The notes under the pieces: model-generated | Databases searched by the model: none | What the model saw: the letters and a program-made list of their open reading frames with translations, nothing else | Told to the model about the DNA's origin: nothing | Shown: positions 52,684 through 64,000 of the stretch, in pieces | How positions within the stretch are numbered: position 1 is the stretch's first letter | How the letters are laid out: every line of letters starts with the position of its first letter | Translations under genes and position numbers: made by a program | DNA from: Lama guanicoe | Lineage: Eukaryota | DNA length: 64,000 nt | Assembly: GCA_013239625.1 (NCBI GenBank) | Contig: MU053513.1 | Span: forward strand, 3,026,927 to 3,090,926 | Direction of reading: 5' to 3'

Positions 52684-52907
52684 TCCATTTAATTCTTAAT
52701 CAAAAAATTCTACTGAATGGAACTCTCCAGTCTTTAAGTATTTTGTCTTACATTTCCATTCTTATATAGGGTAAAATTAAGACCAACTTTTTATGATTTC
52801 ACTCATATTTCAAGCCCAATTTATACCTTATGCTCAGGAAATAACTCTTATTTTATTCCAGAAAGTCGTGTTTAACCTTCAAGTATCTACATACCAATGT
52901 TAGTGGG

Positions 52908-53228
52908 AGTTATGGACTGAATGCTTATGTCCTCCAAAAATTTATGTGTTGAAATCTAATTTAGTCCCTAATGTGATGGTGGAGCCCTTATGAATTGGAT
53001 TAGTGCCCTTGTAAGAAGAGGACGAAGAGCAAGTTTGTTCTCTTTCTGCCGTGTGAGGATACGATGAGAAGTCGACAGCCTGTAAACTAGAAGTCTCTTA
53101 TCAGAACCCGACATCAGAACTCTGGTCCCAGACTTCCAGCCTCCAGAACTGTGAGAGAGAAACTGCTGTTGTTCACAAGCCGCCTGGTCTATGGTACTTG
53201 GTGATAACAGCCTGAATGAACTAAGACA
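52908..53228 (+). mobile_element. MLT1A-type LTR
   Basis: gttatggactgaatg...gacttccagcctccagaactgtgaga...ctaagaca; TSD gtggg/atggg. Confidence 0.88.
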
Positions 53229-54436
53229 ATGGGCGACCGATCAACATAGTTAGCCGAATTCAAATTGGAAGTCACAGACATCTTTCTTTACTCTCTCTGA
53301 ATCTGTTTATACTGCAAGTTAGGATTAGAGTCATTTTCACAAAAATCTGGGAGATGACTGTCCATAAAACCATATTTTAATCTCTTTAAAGCACTAGGAC
53401 AAATGACTACCTAGGACTCCAGAGAAAAAGCAGTGCTTGTGACCTCCCAAAAATGAACATCCTGTAGGTCAAATGAAGACTTTGGGGTGTTGTGCTGACC
53501 AGGCACAATGCTGAGACCAGCTCGGTGGTGAGCACTTTTCGCCAGGAAGCAGCAAGGCTGCAAGACGATGTGGATGCTGTCTGGAGCACTTGCAGCCCCA
53601 GCATAAGATAAAGCTCTGTGTCAGTCTTTCTTGGTTCTGAGTCATTAGTTCCAGGGTGGGAAGGCATTAGAAAACCTTTCAAGCCACAAACCACATATCT
53701 TAGGGAGATGGCTAATTAGAATTCACCCTAAACTATGACAGAATTAACAGACATTAAATAATCATTATTTATAATTGGAGAAGCAAGTTATGCAAGAGAA
53801 AAAAGACAAAGCTCAGATTGCCTTGGTTAATGTTTAAACTGGAAAAATAAAAGGATAAGTAGTTCCTCAAATGACCAATAACTTCTGTTCCCAAAGTTAG
53901 TAGCTTAGAAAGTACTTCTGGAGAAGCAGTATTAAAATTGTGATTGGGATCTCTTCCTAGACGATCACACAAAAATTATTTCATCCATATTAGCCAGGGT
54001 ATAGGATAAACAATCTGTCCTGAGCCAGGGGATAATGCACATTATAGGGGAAAAAATTTTTTTTCTTCCTTCTTTTCATGGCAAAGCATAGATCTAAAAA
54101 GAATATTTTCAAAGAAAAAAATAAAAAATAAGTCTTTGATTTCTTTGTTTCTCTTTCTCTGCACTTCTTTCTCATTTTCTGGTACTCCCCTTGCAGGACC
54201 TATGATACTCTCAAACTGCCTTAAATTCATTCTTCTCCAAAGTGGGTCCCCATCCTGGCCAGGCCAACCTCAAAGGTCTATCCTTCAGTGCAGCTGACCC
54301 CAAGGTATTCAAAGCAAAATAATCAAACCAAGATATGGATGAAATAAGACTTCATGTTTTCTGTTTTGCTCTAAAGAAATAGCGTTATAATATTTAGCAT
54401 CAAAAAGTCAAAATATGCAAATAAAACATGAAAATA

Positions 54437-54649
54437 CAGTTGACCTTTGCACAATATGGGTTTAAATTGCATGAGTCCATTTATATGCAAAAATTAATAG
54501 TAAATACTATGAGACTACATGATACACAATTGGTTGAATCTGCTGATGTGGAACTCAGGATACAGAGGGCCAGCTACAAATTATACGTGGATTTTCCACT
54601 GAACGGAGGATCAGCACCCCTAACTCCCGTTTTATTCAAGGGTCAACTG
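54437..54649. mobile_element. Tigger2-family MITE (same family as 49243-49471)
   Basis: TA-cagttgacctttg...caagggtcaactg-TA; interior colinear with the other copy. Confidence 0.88.
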
Positions 54650-54689
54650 TATATTCTCATCTGATGTTAAAAAGAATGAGATCATCTGG

Positions 54690-55510
54690 TGTGAGAGGGT
54701 ATGGAAAAAATAAGCACACCAAAAAACTCCAAGGTAGTGTAAACTTGATTACAGTCTCTTTGCAGGGCACTCTGGTTACATGTGTCCAAAGTCTTTCTTT
54801 TAAAAAAGTGTAACGCTGACCCAGCAAAAACACTAGTAAAAACTACACAAAAGAAGTAATCAAAGAAGTACACAAAGAAGAGTATGGAAAGATGTTTAAG
54901 ATATCACTTTTTACAGCAGAGAAAAGTCAGAAAACTAAACGTCCAACAAGAACAGACTGTTAAGTAAATAATGGTACTCCCATACAACGCAATACACAAA
55001 TACCATTAAGTAGCACATCACAGAAACGTATCTGTTGATATGCACAAGACTCCATGATATTCTGCTAAGTAAACGAAATGGGCAGACTAGCAAATGTATG
55101 CTTTATATAACACGTAATTATAGATTAGGTTATGTATATATACACTAAATATAAATTTAATATGAATTCATATATTAGCACTGTAAATTAAACTAGCTTA
55201 TATACTTACACATATATAATAAAATTATAATTATATATAACTATTACATATGTAAAATTTATTATATACTTTATATGCATAAAATTTATATATATGTTAT
55301 ATGTGATTATATAATGTTATTATATATGTATATGTGTATAAAATATTAGAAAGACATTCACAAAAATGTAAACAGTGGTAAGCTCTGGGTTTTTTTCCCT
55401 TTGTGCTTGTTTATGATTTTTAGAATATCTATGCTAATGATAAAATTATCTAGAACATTCTATAATTACTTAGGAAGTTTTTTTTTAATTTAATGTAGAA
55501 CCTTAAAAAC
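54690..55510 (+). mobile_element. Old L1 (L1MD/ME-like) 3' fragment with AT-rich low-complexity expansion (~55100-55345)
   Basis: tgacccagcaa...aaacgtccaacaa...gttaagtaaataatggtac...aaaatgtaaacagtggt. Confidence 0.65.
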
Positions 55511-57446
55511 AACAATAACATCAATAGCTCCACTGGAGAAACGCCATGGTAGGGTAAGAGGTAGAGCCCGTCAGTTGCAAGTATGGAGAGCTTGTAAGCA
55601 GGAGATTATAGCCTGTCTGTATATGATATTATTTGGAATAACACTCTCTCCAAAACACACACACACTAACCTCAGTGAAAACCTGTTGGATTAAGAACAA
55701 ACAAAGGAAATACTTAGTCCTTAAAAATGCATTCCTACTAATGTACAGCTCCAGCTTTATATTTTACCCAAAATATTTGCTGTTCCTTCTACCGTAAGAA
55801 AAACTGTATATCCTAATGCTTTAGAATACTTGAAATCATGTTAATTATTCCTGGAGAATGTTTAAAAATTCATACTATTTACTCCTAAGAGACCATTACA
55901 ACATCTTTCCAGACTGCACCAGACTATTCTTCTGTAAATCAAGGATTTTAATTTTTAAGATGCAACAGCAACGTTTTGGGCTCAGATCAATGAGAGGAAA
56001 TGAGCTACTGCGGTCTGTCTGCCTCTCACCAGACTCCCCCAATACTTATTCACAGTCCTGAGTGTATCAAAACTCCATTTGTAAGTTAAACTAGCTTGTC
56101 AGATACAAAAACAAAGCTAAACTATACACAGTGCAAACCACATTCACGGCTTATTCTCAGCACCACAGATCTCTTTTCCATGCCAGCTCCCTGGCCGGTG
56201 AAGAGATAAACAGTCCAGTAATGATCCAGGCTTCACAGAATCCAAGGCTTTATACAGACCTTTGAAAATAGCTTCCTTTTAAACATTTTTGTCCTCTCTT
56301 CAGCAATGCAGTTTATTACTGCATTCTGCATTTTTTTTAAGTCTTGGAGATAAATGCCCACTTTTTTCAATCAAATGTATTTTTTTTCATTCTGATTCCA
56401 CAAAATCAGTCTTGGTATTGAGTAACATCATCCTTTCTCCCTTCAAATTTGTTTATTTACTCCTATTCTTTATTCATTAAGGTTATAATAGCAATTCCTA
56501 AATTTGCCAGTCTATTATTGTGGGATTGACATAACCATATAATCTGCATAGTCTATGTAAAAATTGCTGGCATATTAATTTTTAAAAATCGCTAGGTTGG
56601 GAATCGCTTAACAGCCCAAGTGAGCGGTGGCCGGGCTGGGAATATCTAACTGGAACCAAAGCTTAGGATTCCCAGAGAAACATACATGATTCTAAATGTC
56701 TACTTAAGGGGGGCATAATGTAAAAACAGAGTATTTTCAAATTTGGGGATCACTTCTATTTCTTTAAAGCTGCTATGCTTTTCTTCAATAGCTGCTATCT
56801 GCTAAAGGCCGACTCAGGCAGGTGTTACCCCGCTCCCAAGGCTCCCGTCCTAGGCTAGGACCCCACGGCAGGTCCTCTCTTGGCCTAGAAAGTGACGGAC
56901 CTGATGTGTGAGCCGCCCGTGTTGTCCGCTCCCTCCTCCTCCCACAGAGCACCCAGATCTCCTTTGCTCCTGTAGATCTTCCCTATCGGTGTCCCTGCAA
57001 CTGCACCGGTCATCCTGGGCACAGCACCAGGGAGCCTAGTCACCCACAGATGTAAGCCACATACTCCAACCTAGAACTAGTGATGTTTCTCTCAGTTCTC
57101 CCTCTGTCCATCTTATTTCTCAGTTAGTTCAGAACTTGAGTAGGAGAGAGAGCTTCTCAAAGACCCCACTATCTTGAACATTTTGCCATGAAACTTAACA
57201 ATGTTAAAATTAGCAAAATACACGTGGAGGCATTAAGGCTAAGGATGGGTGGCTCTGAGCTTTGGCATGCTTTACTAAGCATGCGCCAGAATGGTTTTTA
57301 ACTGTGCAGTTTGTAAAGCTTGTACTGGGTCCTGGGTCTGGTTTTGTAGTCTGAGGCTAACTTCAAACTGTTGGGGAAACAGCACAACAGATGAATTGTG
57401 TACTTCTTCTTGAATTTTCACAATAATCTTTAAAAAGTTGAAGTTA

Positions 57447-57632
57447 TTGTATTTCTTCAAATCTTAAAATGCCACTGAATGTACGACACACCATTATTTT
57501 ACGTACCAACAAGAAAGAGAAAAATACCGCCAATTGAACTATACCATGTCACTCATTGTTTAAGGCACTTCCAAGTTTTAGATATGTGAAAACTGGAACA
57601 AAAAATATGAGTCATATAATTAATAAACTATG
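57447..57632. mobile_element. MER104-like TcMar-Tc2 MITE
   Basis: caccattattttacgtaccaacaagaaagagaaaa..ccgccaattgaactat matches the recalled MER104 consensus. Confidence 0.7.
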
Positions 57633-58174
57633 TAATATTATCCTCATTTTTCATTTGAGGAAACTGAGGCTCAAAAAGAGTGACTCATCTAAGATCACAT
57701 ACATGGAAAACGGCAAAGCGAGGGCTCACATCCATCCATTCAGATCCAAAATGCATGTCTTCCCAATTCTAACAGGTGGCACTGTATCCTACATAACTGG
57801 GTCCACCATACATTTTTCGGTAGACTATTTCAAATCTCCAAAATGATATATTTGTTGATCACCAGACTCAGCATTACGCTCAGCCCTCAGGAGACCCAGA
57901 TCATATGAAATCAGGGCTCTTCCCTCAAGGAACTTTCCATCGATCTGATGACTCAAGAAAGACACATAAACTTTAAGAAATCTTTTAAAAAGCATATAAT
58001 TAAGTATTGAAATATGTAACACAGACTAAAACACTACAGGTTTTTAGAATAGAGTAGAATCAGTTCTGAGGTAGTCAAGGGAAGTGTCACGAAAGAAAAG
58101 GGTAAAAGGAGACTTCAGGAAGCCCCCCACCGCAGGTGTGAGTTAGGATTCAGCAGCCTCAGAAGGATTCGAGG

Positions 58175-59105
58175 ATAATAACAACTGCCATGTACTGAGC
58201 ACCTTGCACCAGGCTCACACTTCTCTCATCTCTTCAAAACATACCACACACTCTCCTGCCTCTGAGTTTAAACACACACTCTTCCCCCCTACCTAGAACA
58301 GTCTTTCCCTGGCTCTAGACCTGGTCACCTTCCCTTCATCCTTCACATCAACCTGCAATACTACATCCTCTGTGAAGTTTTATATGATCCCCAGACCCGG
58401 CTGGGTCCCCCATAAATGCTCCTATGGCACTTATTCTGCTTTTAAATACTTTGAACCCCTGTAATTACTTGTAATTATTTACTTTCAAGTTTATAACTGG
58501 GTGTAGTTCCATAGACCTGGCCATTCCATGGTGGCAGGGACTGTCCAGTTGCCTACCACTCAACCTCCAGGATTAACACTTGATAGGAGCTCAGTAAGTT
58601 GACTCACGGTTATCTGGACAAAGCATTCACAAACCTTATCCCATTTAATCCTCACTACACCATTGGAAGGTAGGTGCCATTATTTCCTTCATTTCACCAG
58701 TTGAAGAAACTGAGGCTTGAAGAGGTCAATGGACTTATGTCCCACAACAGAGAATTCAAACTCCAGCCAGATGTGTCTGACACCAAAGCCATGTTGTTAA
58801 CCATTAGGCCTTATAACCAACTCCAGCTCACAAGCAAAAGAATGGCGGCGGGAATAAAATAGCATTTCATGGTTCAGAGAGACATCTAGCTACAAGGGAT
58901 AACGCATGTGCAGCAGACTCAAGCTAAACTTTTACTGAGGATCTGCCGATTGCCTGAAAGTGGGCTGAGCACCTTTGACATGAGTTATCTCATTTATTCT
59001 CACAATTTGTTGTCTCTACTTTACAATAAAGAAATAGACTCAGATAAACCAAGTGACGTGCACACCCACACAGCTGGTAAGCAGCAAAGCAAAGATGGTG
59101 AGCCG
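58175..59105. mobile_element. Interleaved MIR and L2 fragments
   Basis: L2 + at ~58220-58600; antisense MIR core gaagaaactgaggctt at ~58700; another MIR at ~58930-59105. Confidence 0.65.
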
Positions 59106-60392
59106 TAAGTGTGGACGATGGTGAACCCACAATGGACTTTAGAGGATTTGGAGCACATTTTTTGAAGATCATTTTTTTTTCTCCTCGTCCTGTTCCCCAG
59201 ATTAAGTGCTGACTGTCCTTGGCCAATTGACAATGACAAATGTCAGCTTCCAACAACTTTTTCTGACCAACTCTAATCTTCAGTTAAGAATATGTGTTGA
59301 AAGCCTGATAATATTTAACTGAAACACTAATGGGTACCACTGTAATTAAACAGCATTTAGAAAAGGCAAACACCCAGGCTCAGCTTCAGGCACTATGTTA
59401 AACTGGCCTCTGTGCCGACCGTGTCCAGATCAAGGGGTGGCTTTTCAAGGCAAATTATGTGGCTCATTGCTGGGGCAAGCCAGAGTTGGAAGAGTCAAAT
59501 TACAGATGGGCTCCTCAGTAAAACTGAATTTGACACCTCTTTCGTCAGGAAATTGGAAATTATCTTCCCAACATGTACTTTAGAACATGAGTGTCAGCCC
59601 ATCTGATATCTAAAGTTAGATCTCAGTACAGTATGAAAAGTGTCTTTCTGCTGTGGTCATTAGCAGAGAGAAACATCTCCAAAGGCCCCATCATTAAGTG
59701 AAGACCCACGGCATCTGTTCCACCCTCTAAGGAACCTGCCATTTCCTCTGTAGCTCTTGGTGAAGGACTGAGGGGAGGGGGCTGGGAAGCAAGACAGGAA
59801 GCTGTGTGACAGAGGGGCAGGACACCTCGATGCTGGCCCCACTCTGCTGCACACCTGCTCTGTGACCTTAATCAAACCGAAAAATTGCAGGACTACGAAG
59901 AATCTTTAAGGTCTGTTGGTTCAAACACTTAACTAATGTTTGAATCCCTTTAATAACATCACTGCTAAGTGTTGATTCAGTTTACGCTTTACACTCAAGT
60001 GCTAGAGAAATCATTACTTCCACCCCCTCTCCAGTGCTCTGTAACTTCTGAGAACCTTGGAGAAGGAATCATAACCCAAGTCTTGAAGGTTGGAGAGAAA
60101 CTGAGGTCTGAAAGGCAACCAGCTCTTAACAGTACTGGAGTAGGAAGAGGTCACTGGCCCATCTCTACAGAAAGAGTTGTTAGTTATTAATCAGCGTTAA
60201 GTGATCATGTAACAGTCCGAAAAATAAAAAGTAAAAGAAGAGTCCTTGACATAAGTGGTTTACCTGTAGAATAAACAGAAAATTCTTTAAATGTTGAAAC
60301 CATGTTTTCCACATTCAAGGTTTGGCCATAGAGAAAAAGATATTTAAAGTATAACACATACATAAAACAAACATGATAAATTGATCATATAG

Positions 60393-60682
60393 CAATGCTA
60401 CTCCAACTGTGATCATGGACTTGTCAAGGTCCACAAATTGTTATCAAGCTGCAACAAACTGTTATCATATCAAGGAGATATGAGATTGCTCTAGAATATA
60501 AATCGACTTTGTCATGAAGCATACTGTTTGCTTCAGTTGACTGTGTGTGTGTGTGTGTGCACGCATGCCAAGATTTTCTCAGTGAAGGAAGCAGTGCATT
60601 GATTTACATTATTGTGTAAGTTTCTCATCTTGGTCCAAACAGGAATAAATGGTTCACAGACTGACCACTTCATGGAGCACTG
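60393..60682. mobile_element. Charlie18a-like hAT MITE with internal (TG)n
   Basis: caatgctactc...agaatataaatc...tgaaggaagcagtgcattgatttacatt...gagcactg; long imperfect terminal inverted repeats. Confidence 0.7.
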
Positions 60683-60879
60683 CTGGAGAGTAACCAGGTG
60701 GACATTCCCCATCAGGATTCTGATGAACTTGTAACAGCTCTTCTTTCACTCTGTGAAGTACAATTTCCTAAAATCACCGAAAGCAGGCACACCCACTGTC
60801 TTATTCAGAAGCTGACGCACTGTCCTACCGAGACTACTGTAGAGCCTCCGGCAGGTGCCCCTGGCTTCAAACTATTCTG

Positions 60880-61680
60880 ACATTATCCAAGCCAGTCTCC
60901 CTGCTGCTGCTACAGAAGTCTTTCTGAAACATATCTAGACAGTTCCTCCTGGCTTAAATTCTTCTGAGAGCACTGCAATGTTTACTGCATTAGCTTTAAC
61001 CTTTTGAGCTTATTCACCAACCATTCCCACCACCCCTTGGCCCCCAAGAGGATTAGTCATTCCCTGAACACATTACATATTTTCATTCATCTGTGCTTTA
61101 ACTCACATTGTCTCCTCTACCTAAAATGCTCTTTCCCTTCTATCTACCTATAAACTCCTATTTATCCCTCAATAGCCAGTTCAAATAAGGCCTCCTCTGA
61201 AAGTCTCACCAACTATTCCAGAAAGAACTGCATATTCAGATCCTTTTTGGGAGGCAGTTTAGTGCCGTAAATAACGGGGCAGGCTCTGGAACTTGACTCC
61301 ACAACTCCTTTCTGTATAACCTTGGGCAAGTTATCTAACACCCCCTGCCTCAGCTTACCTATCCATAAACCAGGAACAATCACAATACTTCCTTCATAGG
61401 GCTGATGTGAAGACTAAGTTAGCTAATCCATGTGAAGCATTTAGCACAGCGCTTAGCATACAGTAATACTCCAAAAATCACTGTGTTCCCAAACACTTGT
61501 GTTCATCTCTCTGATATAATACTGTGTTATACTTAACAGGTTTCATGTCTGCCTTCTCCACTGTGTTGTAAGCTTTTACAAGATGGACCTTTAATGGGTA
61601 TCATTTATCTTTTCACCTCTGCCCTAACACAGTGTCTGGCACATGAAATACACTATATAAAAGGGTTGTTCAATAAATTC
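60880..61680 (+). mobile_element. L2 interrupted by MIR (~61250-61470)
   Basis: L2 body ending aacacagtgtctggcacat; MIR core accttgggcaagttatctaac. Confidence 0.75.
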
Positions 61681-62343
61681 AAAAGGATATAGATGGGCGA
61701 ATCAGAAGCAAGCTGACTCTAGGCACTGTCCATGGCTCAGAAGGCAGTTCAGAAAAGGACTCTCAGCCTAAATTCTCCAATCTCACTCATCCTAACTACA
61801 GAAGGAGACACCATCTTCAATGCAGACTCTTATACTGTGTCTCCTGCAAAGTGCCTGTGGTTTCCCATCTCCACTCGTGTTCCCTGAAAGTGGGAAAGGA
61901 AATTACCTCCCCCTCTCCATCGTCACTCATGCCTGCTTAACCCACATAGGAGCCTGAAACCGTAGTGAGAACCCTGCACCTGCCAGCAAAGGGCCTTGGT
62001 AGGGCTCAGCCACTTGCCAGCTTCATGATCTTGGGCACATTCTTAAACATCTCGATTTCCTTGTCCACAACATGTGGATATCGTTTCCACCCATTGTTAA
62101 GGAGAATAAGTAAGCAACACAGGAGTGTGTAGTTTACACTGTAAAGCACTAGGTAAATATCAAGAGCCCTTATTAGATAATAGTAAAAACTGCTGGTTAC
62201 CAGGTACTTACTGACAGGCACTGTGATAAGTGCTTTGTACATTATCTTGTTTAATCCTCATAAGCAATGTGACAGCTACTATTACCCCTGCACTAATTAA
62301 GATACCTGTAAGCAAGAGGGGGCTGATTCTGCCCTGGCTTGAG

Positions 62344-62612
62344 TTTTTTTTTTTAATTTTTTATTGAAGTATAGTTGATTTACAATGTTAGTTTCAGTGT
62401 GCAGCAAAGTGAATCAGTTATACATATACACACATATATATTTTCTTTTCAGATTATTTCCCATTACAAGTCATTACATGAAGCTGAATATAGTTCCCTG
62501 TGCTATACAGTAGGTCCCTGTTGTTTATGTATTTTATACATAATAGTGTGTATCTGTTAATCCCCAACCCCTAATTTATCCCTCCCCGCCATTTCCCCTT
62601 TGGTAGTCATAG
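62344..62612 (-). mobile_element. L1 3'UTR insertion (artiodactyl-type)
   Basis: T tail, ttattgaagtatagttgatttacaatg...gaatatagttccctgtgctatacagtagg. Confidence 0.88.
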
Positions 62613-63379
62613 TTTGAAGTTTTAAAAAATAAAAAAAAAAAAAGGAGAAGGAGAAGAAGGGGAAAAAGAGAGTAATTTCTTTCTAAAGATACTGGAGTTG
62701 CTCAAAGAGTAAATCAACCCTAAGCATCCAGCCCAGGCAGGCAGGGACCAGGGACCACCCGAGAAACTGCAGCAGCAGATGGTGGTGGACCTGCTCTCCA
62801 GACTACACACAGGTACAGAAAGGTGCCTCCACACCAAGAGCTCCTGTCACTGCGTTTCAGGCTCCCAGGCTAGAGAAGTTGAGGCTTGACTCAATGAACT
62901 GCTGTGGCCAGGGGGCCGAACCACACTGCACAGAAAGGGAACTGTTTAGAAAGCCAGCAGGACACCATTAAAGGAATCCACTGTGTTCGCATTTTACAAG
63001 TGAAGACTCTGACCTTAAAGCCCAGTTTGCCCAAGTGCCAGGGCTTATCATCCATGGAGCCAGGTGTCAATCAAAGTCTCTATATTAAAGCAAGAACTCT
63101 AAAACTACACACTATGCTGCCTATTTTCCAATAAAATGGGTCCAGGAAATGATCTCATAAGTATTTTCACCAAGTTGTTGAAAATAAGCAAGGATTTCTT
63201 CTTCATTACCCTCAGAAGCCATCTGCTGGGTGGCTGTAAGCCAGCCTTTGCAGCCACTGCCAAGACTTGCATCTTGCCTCCTCCACTTATTAGCTGTGTG
63301 ACTTTGAACAGGTCACAACATCTTTGTGCCTCTTAGTCGGTTACTATGAGGACTGAGTTAATATATGTAAAGGACTTAA

Positions 63380-64000
63380 AACCATTCCAGAGCAAAAGAC
63401 CTAGAATAGCAAAAACAATACTGAAGAACAAAAAGATCAGAACACTCACACCAAGTGATTTCAAAACATTCAGTAAAGCAACAGTAGGCAAAATCGCATC
63501 GTACAGGTGAAAGAACAGACACATATCTCAGCGGAACAGAACAGAGAGCCCAGAAGCAGATCCACACAAATAGTCAGGTGACCTGTGACAAAGGAGCAAA
63601 GGAAATTCAATGGAGAAAGAATAGTCTTTTCAACTAATGGTGCTGGAACAACTGGATGTCCACATTGAAAAAAAAAAAGAGAGAGAGAGAGAAGCTAAAC
63701 AAAGGCTTTACAACTCTCATAAAAATTAACTTAAAATGAACCACAGACCTAAGTGTAAATGCAAAACTATACAACTTTCAGAAGACAGCAAAGGAGAAAA
63801 TCTAGGTTACCTTGGGTGTGGAGACTAGTTTTAAGAAGCAACACCGAAAGCATAATCTAGGTTTGACACTATTAACATTAAAAAATTCTGCTTTGCAAAA
63901 GACATTGTTAAAAGAATGGAAAGATAAGCTACAGAAGTTTGCAGATATTTGCAAACACATACCTGACAAAGGACTTGTGTCCAAAGAACCCATAAAACTC
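63380..64000 (+). mobile_element. Old L1 ORF2 fragment (frameshifted), runs off the window
   Basis: cctagaatagcaaaaacaatactgaag...gacaaaggagcaaagg..attcaatggagaaag.atagtcttttcaac..atggtgctgg (L1 ORF2 C-terminal half). Confidence 0.9.

Larger units (their letters stand above)
1..64000 (-). other. Probable long intron of an unidentified minus-strand gene (intergenic DNA not excluded)
   Basis: No coding exon recognised. Four hand-picked unique lines (22621, 33241, 47101, 56101) all show A>T on +, as expected from transcription-associated strand asymmetry of a minus-strand gene. Inference only. Confidence 0.45.

Noticed and set aside
55100..55345. Extremely AT-rich tract
   Set aside because: Degenerate (TA)n expansion inside an old L1 3'UTR.
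56800..57060. CpG-enriched patch with a + strand acceptor and donor
   Set aside because: Too short for a CpG island, peptide unrecognised, and opposite to the inferred transcription strand.
62715..62815. Coding-looking + strand stretch PEKLQQQMVVDLLSRLHT
   Set aside because: In-frame stop just upstream, no good acceptor and a weak donor.

Overview
Mammalian (eutherian) non-coding DNA. I found no protein-coding exon, RNA gene, CpG-island promoter or CRISPR-like array that I can support. The supplied ORFs are short and either have no recognisable product or are read-throughs of L1, LTR and hAT remnants. Much of the window is interspersed repeat: ancient L2, MIR and L3/CR1; MaLR/ERV LTRs (MLT1, MLT2, ERV1-type solo LTRs); hAT and TcMar fossils (MER5A, MER3, MER20, near-complete Charlie1a, Charlie18a, MER47, MER104, Tigger2-type MITEs); and old and young L1 3' ends. 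The young L1 3'UTRs look artiodactyl, and I saw no Alu, B1/B2, Bov-A/BovB, PRE1, CHR or SINEC elements, so a camelid source is my best inference. A > T on the + strand in spot-checked unique lines suggests a long intron of an unidentified minus-strand gene. I see no evidence for a new multi-gene biological system. The most notable local structures are a symmetric octamer/E-box/octamer dyad (48430-48465), a tailless LTR-derived 55-bp insert between direct repeats (36361-36453), a 21-bp minisatellite grown inside a MER5A1 (27723-27945) and a twin-primed 5'-inverted L1 (4166-5056). Repeat family names come from my recall of consensus sequences, not from a database search. Boundaries of old repeats are approximate.
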